Assembly: GCA_963695555.1 (NCBI GenBank)
Contig: CAVOGR010000001.1
Location: 672,001-736,000 of the forward strand
Direction: 5' to 3'
DNA: 64,000 nucleotides
DNA from: an uncultured Gemmatimonadales bacterium
GTDB taxonomy: Bacteria > Gemmatimonadota > Gemmatimonadetes > Gemmatimonadales > GWC2-71-9
The notes under the pieces were generated by a model. That model did not search any database. It saw nothing but the letters and a program-made list of their open reading frames with translations, and had not been told where the DNA came from. Position numbers and translations under genes: made by a program. Each line of letters opens with the position of its first letter. Position 1 is the first letter of the stretch. This document shows positions 1-11,490 of the stretch, in pieces.

Positions 1-98
1 ATCTCGTCGTCGGTATTGACGACCGTGAAGCACTCCTCCCGTGCCGGATCGGCGGCGAGGACAAAGCCGCGGATCTCCTTGGTTGGTGCACTGTTCAC
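1..98 (-). CDS. N-terminal fragment of a probable DUF455/ferritin-like protein (runs off the window edge)
   Basis: GTG at 98 overlaps the TGA of the 95-670 ORF (GTGA coupling); open to the edge: MNSAPTKEIRGFVLAADPAREECFTVVNTDDE. Family call rests only on a PAR-x-x-x-F-like motif and context. Confidence 0.5.
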   Translation of the reverse strand, partial: MNSAPTKEIRGFVLAADPAREECFTVVNTDDE

Positions 99-670
99 GA
101 CGAGACCCTCTCGAGCGTCTGTGGCGGCGCGGGGCGGAAGGCGATGAAATCCGCCGGCGCCTTGGCGATGGACTCGAACCGGCTCTTCCAGCCCTTGTCC
201 TTGGGCCGGAGGTCCGGTCGCTGGTCACGGAATTGCCGGTAGTCCGCTTGCATGCGCTGGAAGTCGCTGAGCACCCGCTCGATGACCCGGACGGACGGTT
301 CGTCCTGCATCTGGTTGGTGCCGTCGAGATAGGCTTGATAGCGCTGCTCGAGATCCGGCAGGAACCCGGCATACATCGCCTCCGCCCGCTCCGCCGTGTC
401 GGTCAGACCGGCGAGGGTGTCCAGCACCTTCATGTAGGCGTCGGTGGGCCGGGCGCTGTAGTGCAGCGGCGCTCTGAGCTCACTGGTGCGTTGGCCCAAC
501 CCGTCGGCTTGCTGGGCCATGTCCCAGATGTGGCGGCCGAACAAAATCTTGGCCTCGAGCTCCGGGGTGAGCGGTACCCAACGGGCCAGCGTTTCCATCA
601 GGTTGACGCTGATGAAACGAAACGTGCCAATGGCGTCGGCTCGCTCGCGAATCGTGTTGTATCCCATCAC
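95..670 (-). CDS. Ferritin-like four-helix-bundle protein (DUF455-associated type)
   Basis: 191-aa helical ORF, METLARWVP..PELEAKILFGRHIWDMAQQAD..QRTSELR and YLDGTNQMQDEPSVRVIERVLSD; coupled to both neighbours by overlaps. Confidence 0.6.
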   Translation of the reverse strand: MMGYNTIRERADAIGTFRFISVNLMETLARWVPLTPELEAKILFGRHIWDMAQQADGLGQRTSELRAPLHYSARPTDAYMKVLDTLAGLTDTAERAEAMYAGFLPDLEQRYQAYLDGTNQMQDEPSVRVIERVLSDFQRMQADYRQFRDQRPDLRPKDKGWKSRFESIAKAPADFIAFRPAPPQTLERVSS

Positions 671-1686
671 ACATCTCCTAGGGCTTCAATGAGGTCCGTA
701 GTGTCATCTGGCGTGCCAACGTCGAGAAAGAAACAGCGCGTGCTCGACATGAGACGCAGCATCTGCATGATTCGCAAGGCCCGTGGCACACCCCACAACG
801 TGCACCCTAGCGGCGTCAGGAGCGACAGGTGGTCGCGTCCCGGGCTGAACCCTTCGAGGTGGGCTGTCTCGCTGAATCGCCGCAGGAAGATAATCGCGCG
901 CACCGGCGCTTCGGAGTGACCGGCGCCTGGGAACAGGCTGGCCACCTCGCCTCGCAGGCGGCGGGAACCGTCGGGGAATTGTTCGTGGCGCAGTCCTCCC
1001 TGCTCGACCAGCCGGTCCACGGCACGCGGGCGCGGGCCCTCGCGAATCGATACCGACCGGCGCATTGGGATCAGGTCCAGCGTGCCGACCCTGACTCCGG
1101 CGATCTCGTCGCCCAGGAACCCGTGTCCGCGCTCCGCCAATGCGAGAGAGAGGGTCGTCTTCCCCGATCCCTTCGGCCCCACCAGGAGAATTCCCGAGCC
1201 CCGGACGCTCGCCGAGGCGGCATGAAAGAAGAGGAGGTCGCGCTGGCGTCTGAGCAGTCGGTTGAGCGCCAGATTGCCCAGGAGCGACTGCCACTGGAAG
1301 TCGCGATCGGCCAGAGCGTGGGGGCCGGAGAACGCGAAGGGAGCCCCAGGGCCGGGAGCATCGAGCCGGCGCCATCCGGCGGACGGCGGCTGCCCCTCGG
1401 TGTATCCCCGCTCGCCGAACAGCTCGAGCGTGAAGTCCACCAGGTCGAGCGGCTCGGCATCCTCGAAGCTGACCAGCGCGGCGTTGAATCGTTCGAGCAG
1501 CCGCACCTGGCAGAGTACCCTTGGCAGGTCCGCCCGATCGGGGCCCGGGACGACGCACTCGGCGTAGAGTTCCCGGAACCGCTCACCGAGCGGTTCGTCC
1601 TCGGACTGGATGCCCAGATAGCCGTCCCCGATCTGATACCAATCGGGGAGGCCCGTGAGGGGCCTCCCCGATTCCTGCTCCTGCAC
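667..1686 (-). CDS. HPr kinase-like P-loop kinase (HprK-related / RiPP kinase-like)
   Basis: FHAASASVRGSGILLVGPKGSGKTTLSLAL...FLGDE: His motif, Walker A and DE motif of HprK-related kinases. Start placed at GTG 1686 (uncertain). Confidence 0.75.
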   Translation of the reverse strand: MQEQESGRPLTGLPDWYQIGDGYLGIQSEDEPLGERFRELYAECVVPGPDRADLPRVLCQVRLLERFNAALVSFEDAEPLDLVDFTLELFGERGYTEGQPPSAGWRRLDAPGPGAPFAFSGPHALADRDFQWQSLLGNLALNRLLRRQRDLLFFHAASASVRGSGILLVGPKGSGKTTLSLALAERGHGFLGDEIAGVRVGTLDLIPMRRSVSIREGPRPRAVDRLVEQGGLRHEQFPDGSRRLRGEVASLFPGAGHSEAPVRAIIFLRRFSETAHLEGFSPGRDHLSLLTPLGCTLWGVPRALRIMQMLRLMSSTRCFFLDVGTPDDTTDLIEALGDV

Positions 1687-1763
1687 CGCAATCGACTGGC
1701 TACACCACTGGGAGATTGCGTCTGACGCGCCCGCCAGGTTGGGCTGGCCGTGCGTCACATCAT

Positions 1764-1790
1764 GGGCGATCCGAGGGTTCGAATCGGCCC
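1764..1790 (-). terminator. Stem-loop directly after the precursor-peptide stop codon
   Basis: Minus-strand GGGCCGATTCGA-ACCC-TCGGATCGCCC folds into a ~11-bp stem; no U-tract. Confidence 0.5.
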
Positions 1791-1922
1791 TCAGCCCCAC
1801 CAGGACGCGCCGGCGCTCGTAATCTGGAACGCCTTCAAGACCTCGGCCTCGTCCATGACTTTGACTGCGGGGGCCACATAACGGCGCCGAGTCGACTCCG
1901 ACTGCATCTTCTGTTCGGCCAT
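1791..1922 (-). CDS. Putative RiPP precursor peptide (43 aa)
   Basis: MAEQKMQSESTRRRYVAPAVKVMDEAEVLKAFQITSAGASWWG; GGAG 7 nt before ATG; YxxPxV leader motif; lies directly downstream of a PqqD gene. Confidence 0.8.
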   Translation of the reverse strand: MAEQKMQSESTRRRYVAPAVKVMDEAEVLKAFQITSAGASWWG

Positions 1923-2051
1923 GCGATAACTCCAACGATTAGGGGGAAATCGAACAAGTAAATGTAAGAACTTTTCACCTCGGGCGCCAGCCTGGATTCC
2001 TTGCCGCCCGACGACTGTCAAACAATGATACAACGAACCGGCCGCCCTGTA

Positions 2052-2324
2052 TCACGATGACTCGACAATCAGGTCGAGTCGCTGGAACTCCTCGAGGACG
2101 CGCTGGACGTCGGCGGTGGCGGTCGCCACGTCGACACCGTCGAACGACTCACACACCTCGGCTGCCAGCTCCTCCACGGTGCTGGGGGAGGAGAGACAGT
2201 TCCACAACAGCGTGGAGGTCTCGTTCAGGACGCAGAATTGCTTGCTTGACGGGTTCAGGAGAATCGTCTCTTCCAGCATCGGCGATCCCTCGATGTTGGG
2301 ATTGCGCCGGTATCGAATGCTCAC
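2052..2324 (-). CDS. Stand-alone PqqD-family RiPP recognition element (RRE)
   Basis: 90 aa; ETILLNP..QFCVLNETSTLLWNCL..PSTVEELAAEVCESFD..ATADVQRVLEEFQRLDLI is the PqqD pattern; AAGGAG RBS before GTG. Confidence 0.9.
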   Translation of the reverse strand: MSIRYRRNPNIEGSPMLEETILLNPSSKQFCVLNETSTLLWNCLSSPSTVEELAAEVCESFDGVDVATATADVQRVLEEFQRLDLIVESS

Positions 2325-2383
2325 CGCGGGCTCCTTGGTCAGTGACGATGTGGAACTCTGTCATGGTCAATGTGGTACGACTG

Positions 2384-3262
2384 TCAAGATGGACGGCGCC
2401 CGCCCGAAAACGACTCGGCGGTCTTGGATGGTGGCGCGGCCACCGAACGCCGGACCAGCTGCCGGAACGGAACCACCAACTGATGCGGCAACGACTCCGG
2501 CATATCCAGCCCATCTACCCCGTAGCGTTCCGGACGCTCGGCGTGGGCGGCCGCCGTGCCGAACAAGTGGTCCCAGAGGCTGAGCATCTGTCCCAGGTTC
2601 TTGTTGTGGTCCTTCGGGTCCGCCGAGTGATGCACCGAGTGGAAGATGGGGCTGACCACGATGCGGTAGAGCGGACCGAACCGCCAGTTGAGCTCCGTAT
2701 GGTGGAGCGCCTGAAGCGAGGTCGCCAAAATGTAAAGCGGCATCCACGACCGAGTTGGAAGGCCGAGGGCAAACACGAATACCACGAACAGCGCAACATC
2801 GAGCAGCAACCGGTCGAATGGATGCCGACGATATTGCGTGAGCGTGGTCAGCCGCTCTTGCGAGTGGTGGACGCTGTGAAATGCCCAAAGGAGCGGCACG
2901 CTGTGCTGGAGCCGGTGGACCCAGTAGAGCAGGAAATCGCCCGCCACCCAAAATACCAGCAATGCGAGCCAGAGAGGCGCCGACGCCAGGAGGTCGAATT
3001 TGAGGAACTGGAGTTTCGCTTCGAAGGCGTTGGCGACTGCCGCGAAAATCAAGATATGGTAGAAGGCGCCACGGTAGAAGAGGCTATATACCACGTCGTT
3101 CAGGAAGCTTCTCGTCTTGTAGCGGGCGAGATCCGCCCCGGCCCGACCTTCGAGCACCACAATCGCCGCCAAGAATGGCAAGAGCAAGAGCCCGGCCCTG
3201 ACGGCGGACATGCCAAGCTCTTGGAGACGCATGGTTGCAACCAGTTCTGCCAGTGTGCTCAC
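2384..3262 (-). CDS. Sterol desaturase / fatty-acid hydroxylase family membrane di-iron enzyme
   Basis: His boxes HRLQH, HSVHH, LHH, HSVHH, plus NKNLG..LSLWDHLFGT; several TM segments. Confidence 0.9.
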   Translation of the reverse strand: MSTLAELVATMRLQELGMSAVRAGLLLLPFLAAIVVLEGRAGADLARYKTRSFLNDVVYSLFYRGAFYHILIFAAVANAFEAKLQFLKFDLLASAPLWLALLVFWVAGDFLLYWVHRLQHSVPLLWAFHSVHHSQERLTTLTQYRRHPFDRLLLDVALFVVFVFALGLPTRSWMPLYILATSLQALHHTELNWRFGPLYRIVVSPIFHSVHHSADPKDHNKNLGQMLSLWDHLFGTAAAHAERPERYGVDGLDMPESLPHQLVVPFRQLVRRSVAAPPSKTAESFSGGRRPS

Positions 3263-3363
3263 GGTGCGGTCGGGAATTCCCTCGAAGAAGTATGATGAAA
3301 TGGTTCGAAACCCGGCGAACCGTAATCACGCGGTCTCGGCGGGGTCAACCTTTTCGGGGAATC

Positions 3364-5388
3364 TCAATCGAATTCGGCCTCGAAGTGCCGGGCCCAGGCC
3401 GCGAGGCCGACCAGCCGCCAGACCAAGAAGCTGTTGCGCAGCTGATCGCCTTTGGAAATCCGGCTCAGGAATCCCGACAGCGGTTGCCCCGATTGGACCG
3501 CCACTAGCAAGCGCTCGACCACTCGTCGGTTGACCGCGGGAATCCGACCGGCCTCCGCCAGCAAACCTGGCAGGTTCGGGACCAAGGGAATCCACGCCTG
3601 AATGGGGACGGCAAACCCTACCTTGTCACGCCGATCCAGGATGGCGTCCGGCACCAGGCCCCGCATAGCAGCCCGGAATACCGCCTTGCTCGTGCCTGAA
3701 GCGTCCACCAGATACTCGGCTGGGAGGGACAGGATAAATTCGGCGAGTTTGGTGGTGAGGAACGGCAGCCGCCCCTCGACCGAATACGCCATGGAGTTGC
3801 GGTCCTCGTAGCGCAGCAGGGTGGGGAGGCTTTTCTCGCTGATCGAATGCCACAGGGTGCGCCGAATCCCTTCCTTGCCGACACCCACCCACCAGAGGTT
3901 CCGCGTCCCGATGCCGTGAGCTCGGCACCACGCGCGGTCGATCCAGGGACGCTGGCCGCGCCCGGAGGCCTTGACGGCAGCGGTACCGAGCCAGGCCGGC
4001 AGGGCCATGGCGAGACCCCACAGGGCGGTGTGGCCGGCCGATGGATCCCAGGGCTGGCGCGAGGCCCTGGTTTGCCTCAGAAAGCGCGCCGCTTGGCCTA
4101 TCTGGCCGCGCCCCAGATGCTCTGCCATCCGAGCCGACCACAAGTAGCGATATCCGCCTAGGAGTTCGTCCGCTCCCTGCCCATCCAGGACCACCCGCAC
4201 ACCCGCTTCACTGGCGCGGCGGAATAGGCGGTTCTGGGCATAGATGGCGATGGTGCCGAACGGCTCATCCTGCGATTCGATGAGGTGGTCGAATTCCCGG
4301 ACCCATTCCCCCGGATCGAGGTGGATCTTACTGCTCACGGCCCCGGATGCCTTGTTGACCACATCGATCCAAGGTTCTTCGCTCACGGTGCCGGCGCCGC
4401 CGATATAGCTGAATGTGTGAATATCGAGTTGCGGGCCACCCAAATGCCGCATCGCCATGACGATGGCCGAGGAGTCGAGGCCTCCCGAGAGCATGGTGCC
4501 GACGCGAACATCGCTGCGCAGATGAAGCGAGACGCTTTCGAGGAACAGGTCCCTGAGCTCGGCTGCCGCCGCTTCGCGCGAGACGGCTCGTTCATAGTCC
4601 AGGTCCGGCATCCAATAGCAGCTGGGCTCAGTCATGCCGGGGCCGTCCGGGCGGACTTCGGCCCAATGGGCCGCCGGCATGCTCCGGATGCTCGAGAAGA
4701 GCGTCGCTTCGCCGAAATCGGTGATGCCGCGGTCTAGGTAGTCGTAGAGTCGGTGTGGGTCGACCCGGCGATCGGTGCCGGGCAGCTGCAGGAGGGCGGA
4801 TATCTCGGACGCGAAGGCGAACTCGCCGTTTCGCAGGGTGTAGTACAGGGGCTTCATGCCAAAGGGGTCGCGGGCCAGGAAGAGTCGTCGGTCGCGCCGA
4901 TCCCAAACAGCGAAGGCGAACATCCCGACCAAGCGGGGCAGGCACGCCCGGCCCCATTCGGCATAGGCGGCCAGGAGCACCTCCGTGTCCGACCGCGAGC
5001 GGAATCGATGTCCCCGCGACGACAGCTCGTCCCTCAGCTCGACGTAGTTGTAGATCTCGCCATTGAACACGATCGCATAGCGGCCGTCGGCGGTGAGCAT
5101 CGGCTGATGGCCCGCCGAAGATATATCGATGATGGCGAGGCGCCGATGGCCGAGGACGAGGGTGCCTGATGCGGATCCGGCCTCGTTCGACGCTCCCGTA
5201 CCCTCGTGTGGGAGTGAGGTGCGTCGACCGTCGCGATCGATGGTCGCCGTCGATCCCTCGCGGGGGCAGTCGACCAGGAAGCCCAGATCGTCAGGCCCCC
5301 TGTGGGCAAGCCGATCGAGCAGGCCGCGCACGGTTGCCAGCGCGACCGTCCCCTCACGATGCCCGAGGTATCCGACGATGCCGCACAT
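3364..5388 (-). CDS. asnB: Asparagine synthase (glutamine-hydrolysing)-like amidotransferase
   Basis: MCGI N-terminus, LGHRRLAIID, FNGEIYN, LSGGLDSS, LDGQGADE, EDRNSMAYSVEGRLPFL. Confidence 0.9.
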   Translation of the reverse strand: MCGIVGYLGHREGTVALATVRGLLDRLAHRGPDDLGFLVDCPREGSTATIDRDGRRTSLPHEGTGASNEAGSASGTLVLGHRRLAIIDISSAGHQPMLTADGRYAIVFNGEIYNYVELRDELSSRGHRFRSRSDTEVLLAAYAEWGRACLPRLVGMFAFAVWDRRDRRLFLARDPFGMKPLYYTLRNGEFAFASEISALLQLPGTDRRVDPHRLYDYLDRGITDFGEATLFSSIRSMPAAHWAEVRPDGPGMTEPSCYWMPDLDYERAVSREAAAAELRDLFLESVSLHLRSDVRVGTMLSGGLDSSAIVMAMRHLGGPQLDIHTFSYIGGAGTVSEEPWIDVVNKASGAVSSKIHLDPGEWVREFDHLIESQDEPFGTIAIYAQNRLFRRASEAGVRVVLDGQGADELLGGYRYLWSARMAEHLGRGQIGQAARFLRQTRASRQPWDPSAGHTALWGLAMALPAWLGTAAVKASGRGQRPWIDRAWCRAHGIGTRNLWWVGVGKEGIRRTLWHSISEKSLPTLLRYEDRNSMAYSVEGRLPFLTTKLAEFILSLPAEYLVDASGTSKAVFRAAMRGLVPDAILDRRDKVGFAVPIQAWIPLVPNLPGLLAEAGRIPAVNRRVVERLLVAVQSGQPLSGFLSRISKGDQLRNSFLVWRLVGLAAWARHFEAEFD

Positions 5389-5400
5389 AATGCGAAGAAA

Positions 5401-5450
5401 GTAGGGGAGGGAGGAGAGAGAGGGAGTAGGGAGTAGGGAGTAGGGAGGAG
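5401..5450. repeat. Purine-rich AGGGAGT heptamer tandem repeat
   Basis: agggagt x3 plus partial units between asnB and the M28 gene. Confidence 0.8.
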
Positions 5451-5468
5451 TTGGTTACGCGACCTGGG

Positions 5469-6461
5469 CTAGTTCCGTTGCTTCGTCGCCAGGTTACTCG
5501 TGAGGGGAGCGGAGAAGGTCGGCGGAGTCTCCTGGACGAGCAGCTGGGTCAGGACGCGCGTCGCGAGGCTGCCGACTGTCATTATCCCATCGGTGTCGAT
5601 CAGCGCGACATCGTCGCGGGGCGTGTGGTATTCGCCGTGAAGCCCGGTATGGAAGAAGAGCACCGGTATCTGCGCCATGAAGAAGCAATACTGATCGCTG
5701 GCCCCCAGTAATTGGCTGTTGTCCCCGTGGGTCGCCAGTTGGCTTGCGCCCGCATCGTTCAGCATCGTCATCCAATCGGCTGACGAGGAGGAGCCGATCG
5801 TCCAGAGCCCGTTCTGAGCGTAGCGCCCCACCATGTCCAGGTTCAGCATGGCCGCGACACTGTCCATGTTGATCGTTGGCTGGCCACAAAAATGCGTGGA
5901 ACCAACCAATCCGAGTTCTTCGGCGCCATAGGCCTGGAATAGCACCGAGCGCCGGTCTCGACCGGCCATGTTGCCGCCGGCCACGTACGTGCTCAGGGAG
6001 CGGGCGATTTCCAACAGCAGGGCCGTTCCCGATGCGTTGTCGTCGGCGCCGTTGTAGACCAGGACGGAGTCCGGTCCAACCTGGATGAATCCCACGTGAT
6101 CATAGTGGGCCCCGATGACCACCCACTGCCGGGCGAGGCTCCCGTGCCCGGGCAGGATCGCGAGCACGTTTTGCGACATCCGACCCTGCTGGAGTTGAAA
6201 GTGCTGGAGGTACCCGGGGGTACCGGGTCCGAGGCCGTAAGCCATGAAATGATCGCGCAGGTACGCCGCAGCCTGGGTCTCCTGGGAGGATCCCGCCTGG
6301 CGTCCGGCCATGCTGTCGTCGGCCAGCGCGCCGAGGTGCTCGAGCAGATTGGCTTGGCTCAGCGACGGGGAGGGAGGGGTCGGAGTGGTGTCGTCCCGAG
6401 GCGCTGCCGGGGAGCTGCAGGCGGCGAGCCCGAGGAGGGCCAGGTGAACGAATCCCTTCAT
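5469..6461 (-). CDS. M28 family metallopeptidase, lipoprotein
   Basis: Lipobox LAAC; GAHYDH, NGADDNASG, AEELGLVGS, YHTPRDD. Confidence 0.9.
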   Translation of the reverse strand: MKGFVHLALLGLAACSSPAAPRDDTTPTPPSPSLSQANLLEHLGALADDSMAGRQAGSSQETQAAAYLRDHFMAYGLGPGTPGYLQHFQLQQGRMSQNVLAILPGHGSLARQWVVIGAHYDHVGFIQVGPDSVLVYNGADDNASGTALLLEIARSLSTYVAGGNMAGRDRRSVLFQAYGAEELGLVGSTHFCGQPTINMDSVAAMLNLDMVGRYAQNGLWTIGSSSSADWMTMLNDAGASQLATHGDNSQLLGASDQYCFFMAQIPVLFFHTGLHGEYHTPRDDVALIDTDGIMTVGSLATRVLTQLLVQETPPTFSAPLTSNLATKQRN

Positions 6462-6591
6462 TTAAGAAAGCCCTCCCAATGGGGCGGCGCGGAAGCCTTC
6501 CGCCCGAATCCTATACCTGGGGGGTCCCCTAGTCGAGCCATCGCCTCAGGGCGGCCGCCGCCAACCCCCCTCTCCCCTCCTGATTCTTCCC

Positions 6592-6620
6592 TTGACCGGG
6601 CCCCTGGACGGCTCTAGCTT
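6592..6620 (+). promoter_or_regulatory. Sigma70-type promoter of the str operon
   Basis: TTGACC-N17-TAGCTT about 50 nt upstream of rpsL. Confidence 0.7.
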
Positions 6621-6671
6621 ACCGTGCTGTCGACTTTTGAGCCTTGTGTCCAGCTCGTAAAACGGAATGGT

Positions 6672-7052
6672 ATGCCGACGATCAACCAGCTCATCCGCCG
6701 AGGCCGCCGGCCGCTCCGCGCCAAGGACAAGGCGCCGGCGCTCAAGGCCAATCCTCAGAAGCGGGGAGTATGCACTCGCGTGTACACCACTACGCCGAAG
6801 AAGCCGAACTCGGCGCTTCGCAAGGTGGCGCGCGTGCGGCTGACCAACGGGTTCGAGGTGACGGCCTACATTCCGGGAGAGGGGCACAATCTCCAGGAGC
6901 ACTCGATCGTGCTCATCCGGGGTGGCCGGGTGAAGGACCTGCCGGGGGTACGGTACCACATCATCCGGGGCACGCTCGACTCGGCCGGGGTCAACGACCG
7001 CAAGCAGAGTCGCTCGAAGTACGGGGCCAAGCGTCCGAAGGGCGGATCATGA
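6672..7052 (+). CDS. rpsL: 30S ribosomal protein S12
   Basis: [36 protein letters not shown]. Confidence 0.99.
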   Translation: MPTINQLIRRGRRPLRAKDKAPALKANPQKRGVCTRVYTTTPKKPNSALRKVARVRLTNGFEVTAYIPGEGHNLQEHSIVLIRGGRVKDLPGVRYHIIRGTLDSAGVNDRKQSRSKYGAKRPKGGS

Positions 7053-7519
7053 GCCGTCGAACGAGGGCCACGAAGCGTCAGGTTCCGCCGGATCCGCGGT
7101 ATGACAGCCAGACGGTGTCGAAGTTCATCAACAACCTGATGTCGTGCGGCGAGAAGAGCACGGCCGAGGGCATCTTCTACCGCGCGATGGACTTGATCGA
7201 GCAGCGCACCGGGCAGGCGGGTGTGGCGGTGTTCAAGCAGGCGCTGTCCAACGCCAAGCCGGCCGTCGAGGTCAAGAGTCGGCGGGTGGGTGGTGCGTCG
7301 CTGCAGGTGCCGGTCGAGGTCCGTCCCGATCGTCGGACGGCGCTAGCCATGCGGTGGCTCATCGGCTTCAGCCGGGCGCGGAGCGAGCGCACCATGGAAG
7401 ACCGGCTCGCGACAGAGTTGGTCCTGGCCTCGAAGGGCGAGGGGAACACGATTAAGAAGAAGGAAGACACGCACCGGATGGCCGAGGCCAACCGCGCGTT
7501 TGCTCATTATCGCTGGTAA
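7049..7519 (+). CDS. rpsG: 30S ribosomal protein S7
   Basis: [30 protein letters not shown]. Confidence 0.99.
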   Translation: MSRRTRATKRQVPPDPRYDSQTVSKFINNLMSCGEKSTAEGIFYRAMDLIEQRTGQAGVAVFKQALSNAKPAVEVKSRRVGGASLQVPVEVRPDRRTALAMRWLIGFSRARSERTMEDRLATELVLASKGEGNTIKKKEDTHRMAEANRAFAHYRW

Positions 7520-7738
7520 GTAACCCTGAGCCGGCGGGGGAGGCGAGCCCGTCGACGTAGTGACACATCGGGCTATGTGACGCGGAGCAGCGTCACCTCT
7601 GGTCTTCTGAAAGCACAACGCGTGGGGTCACGGCTGGCTCCTCATCGTCAGGCGAATGCCTGGATGACGCGCGGAGCGATACCACCCGGACTGCCGGGGC
7701 TCGGTCGCCCCGCTTTTTCGCAGGATAGAGTTGAGGAT

Positions 7739-9829
<2,091 letters not shown>

Positions 9830-9917
9830 GCCGACCGCATGAGTAGTGTGATGGATGGACCGATAGCCGATAGCCGAAGACGGACTCAAATACGGACCGA
9901 TTCGAGGAACGCACGCC

Positions 9918-11111
<1,194 letters not shown>

Positions 11112-11179
11112 CGGGAGTAGGGTGTAGGACGGTCGGGAGTAGGAAGGCCCACCGTTGACCCAGAGCCAAGGTATTGAAC

Positions 11180-11488
11180 ATGGCAGGCAAGATTCGCATT
11201 CGTCTCAAGGCATTCGACCACGTGGTCCTGGACCAGGCGGCGGCCGATATCGTGCGCACCGCCGAGAAGACCGGGGCCAAGGTGTCGGGGCCCATCCCGC
11301 TGCCGATGAAAATCGAGCGCTGGACCGTGCTCCGGAGCCCCCACGTGGACAAGAAGAGTCGCGAGCAGTTCGAGCTCCGGACGCATAAGCGCCTGCTCGA
11401 CATCCAGGATTCCCGGCCGCAGACCATGGATGCGCTGACCAAGTTGGATCTGCCCGCCGGGGTCGACGTGGAAATCAAGGTCGGTTAG
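11180..11488 (+). CDS. rpsJ: 30S ribosomal protein S10
   Basis: [24 protein letters not shown]. Confidence 0.98.
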   Translation: MAGKIRIRLKAFDHVVLDQAAADIVRTAEKTGAKVSGPIPLPMKIERWTVLRSPHVDKKSREQFELRTHKRLLDIQDSRPQTMDALTKLDLPAGVDVEIKVG

Positions 11489-11490
11489 CG

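Noticed and set aside
2052..2324. PQQ biosynthesis operon
   Set aside because: No pqqB/C/E, and the peptide lacks the PqqA ExxxY motif.
1791..5388. Canonical lasso peptide cluster
   Set aside because: The core lacks an Asp/Glu ring acceptor and tail, AsnB keeps its N-terminal Cys, and no B2 protease is in the window.
5469..6461. M28 peptidase as the RiPP leader protease
   Set aside because: It is an exported lipoprotein exopeptidase separated from the cluster by a repeat island; co-orientation is the only link.
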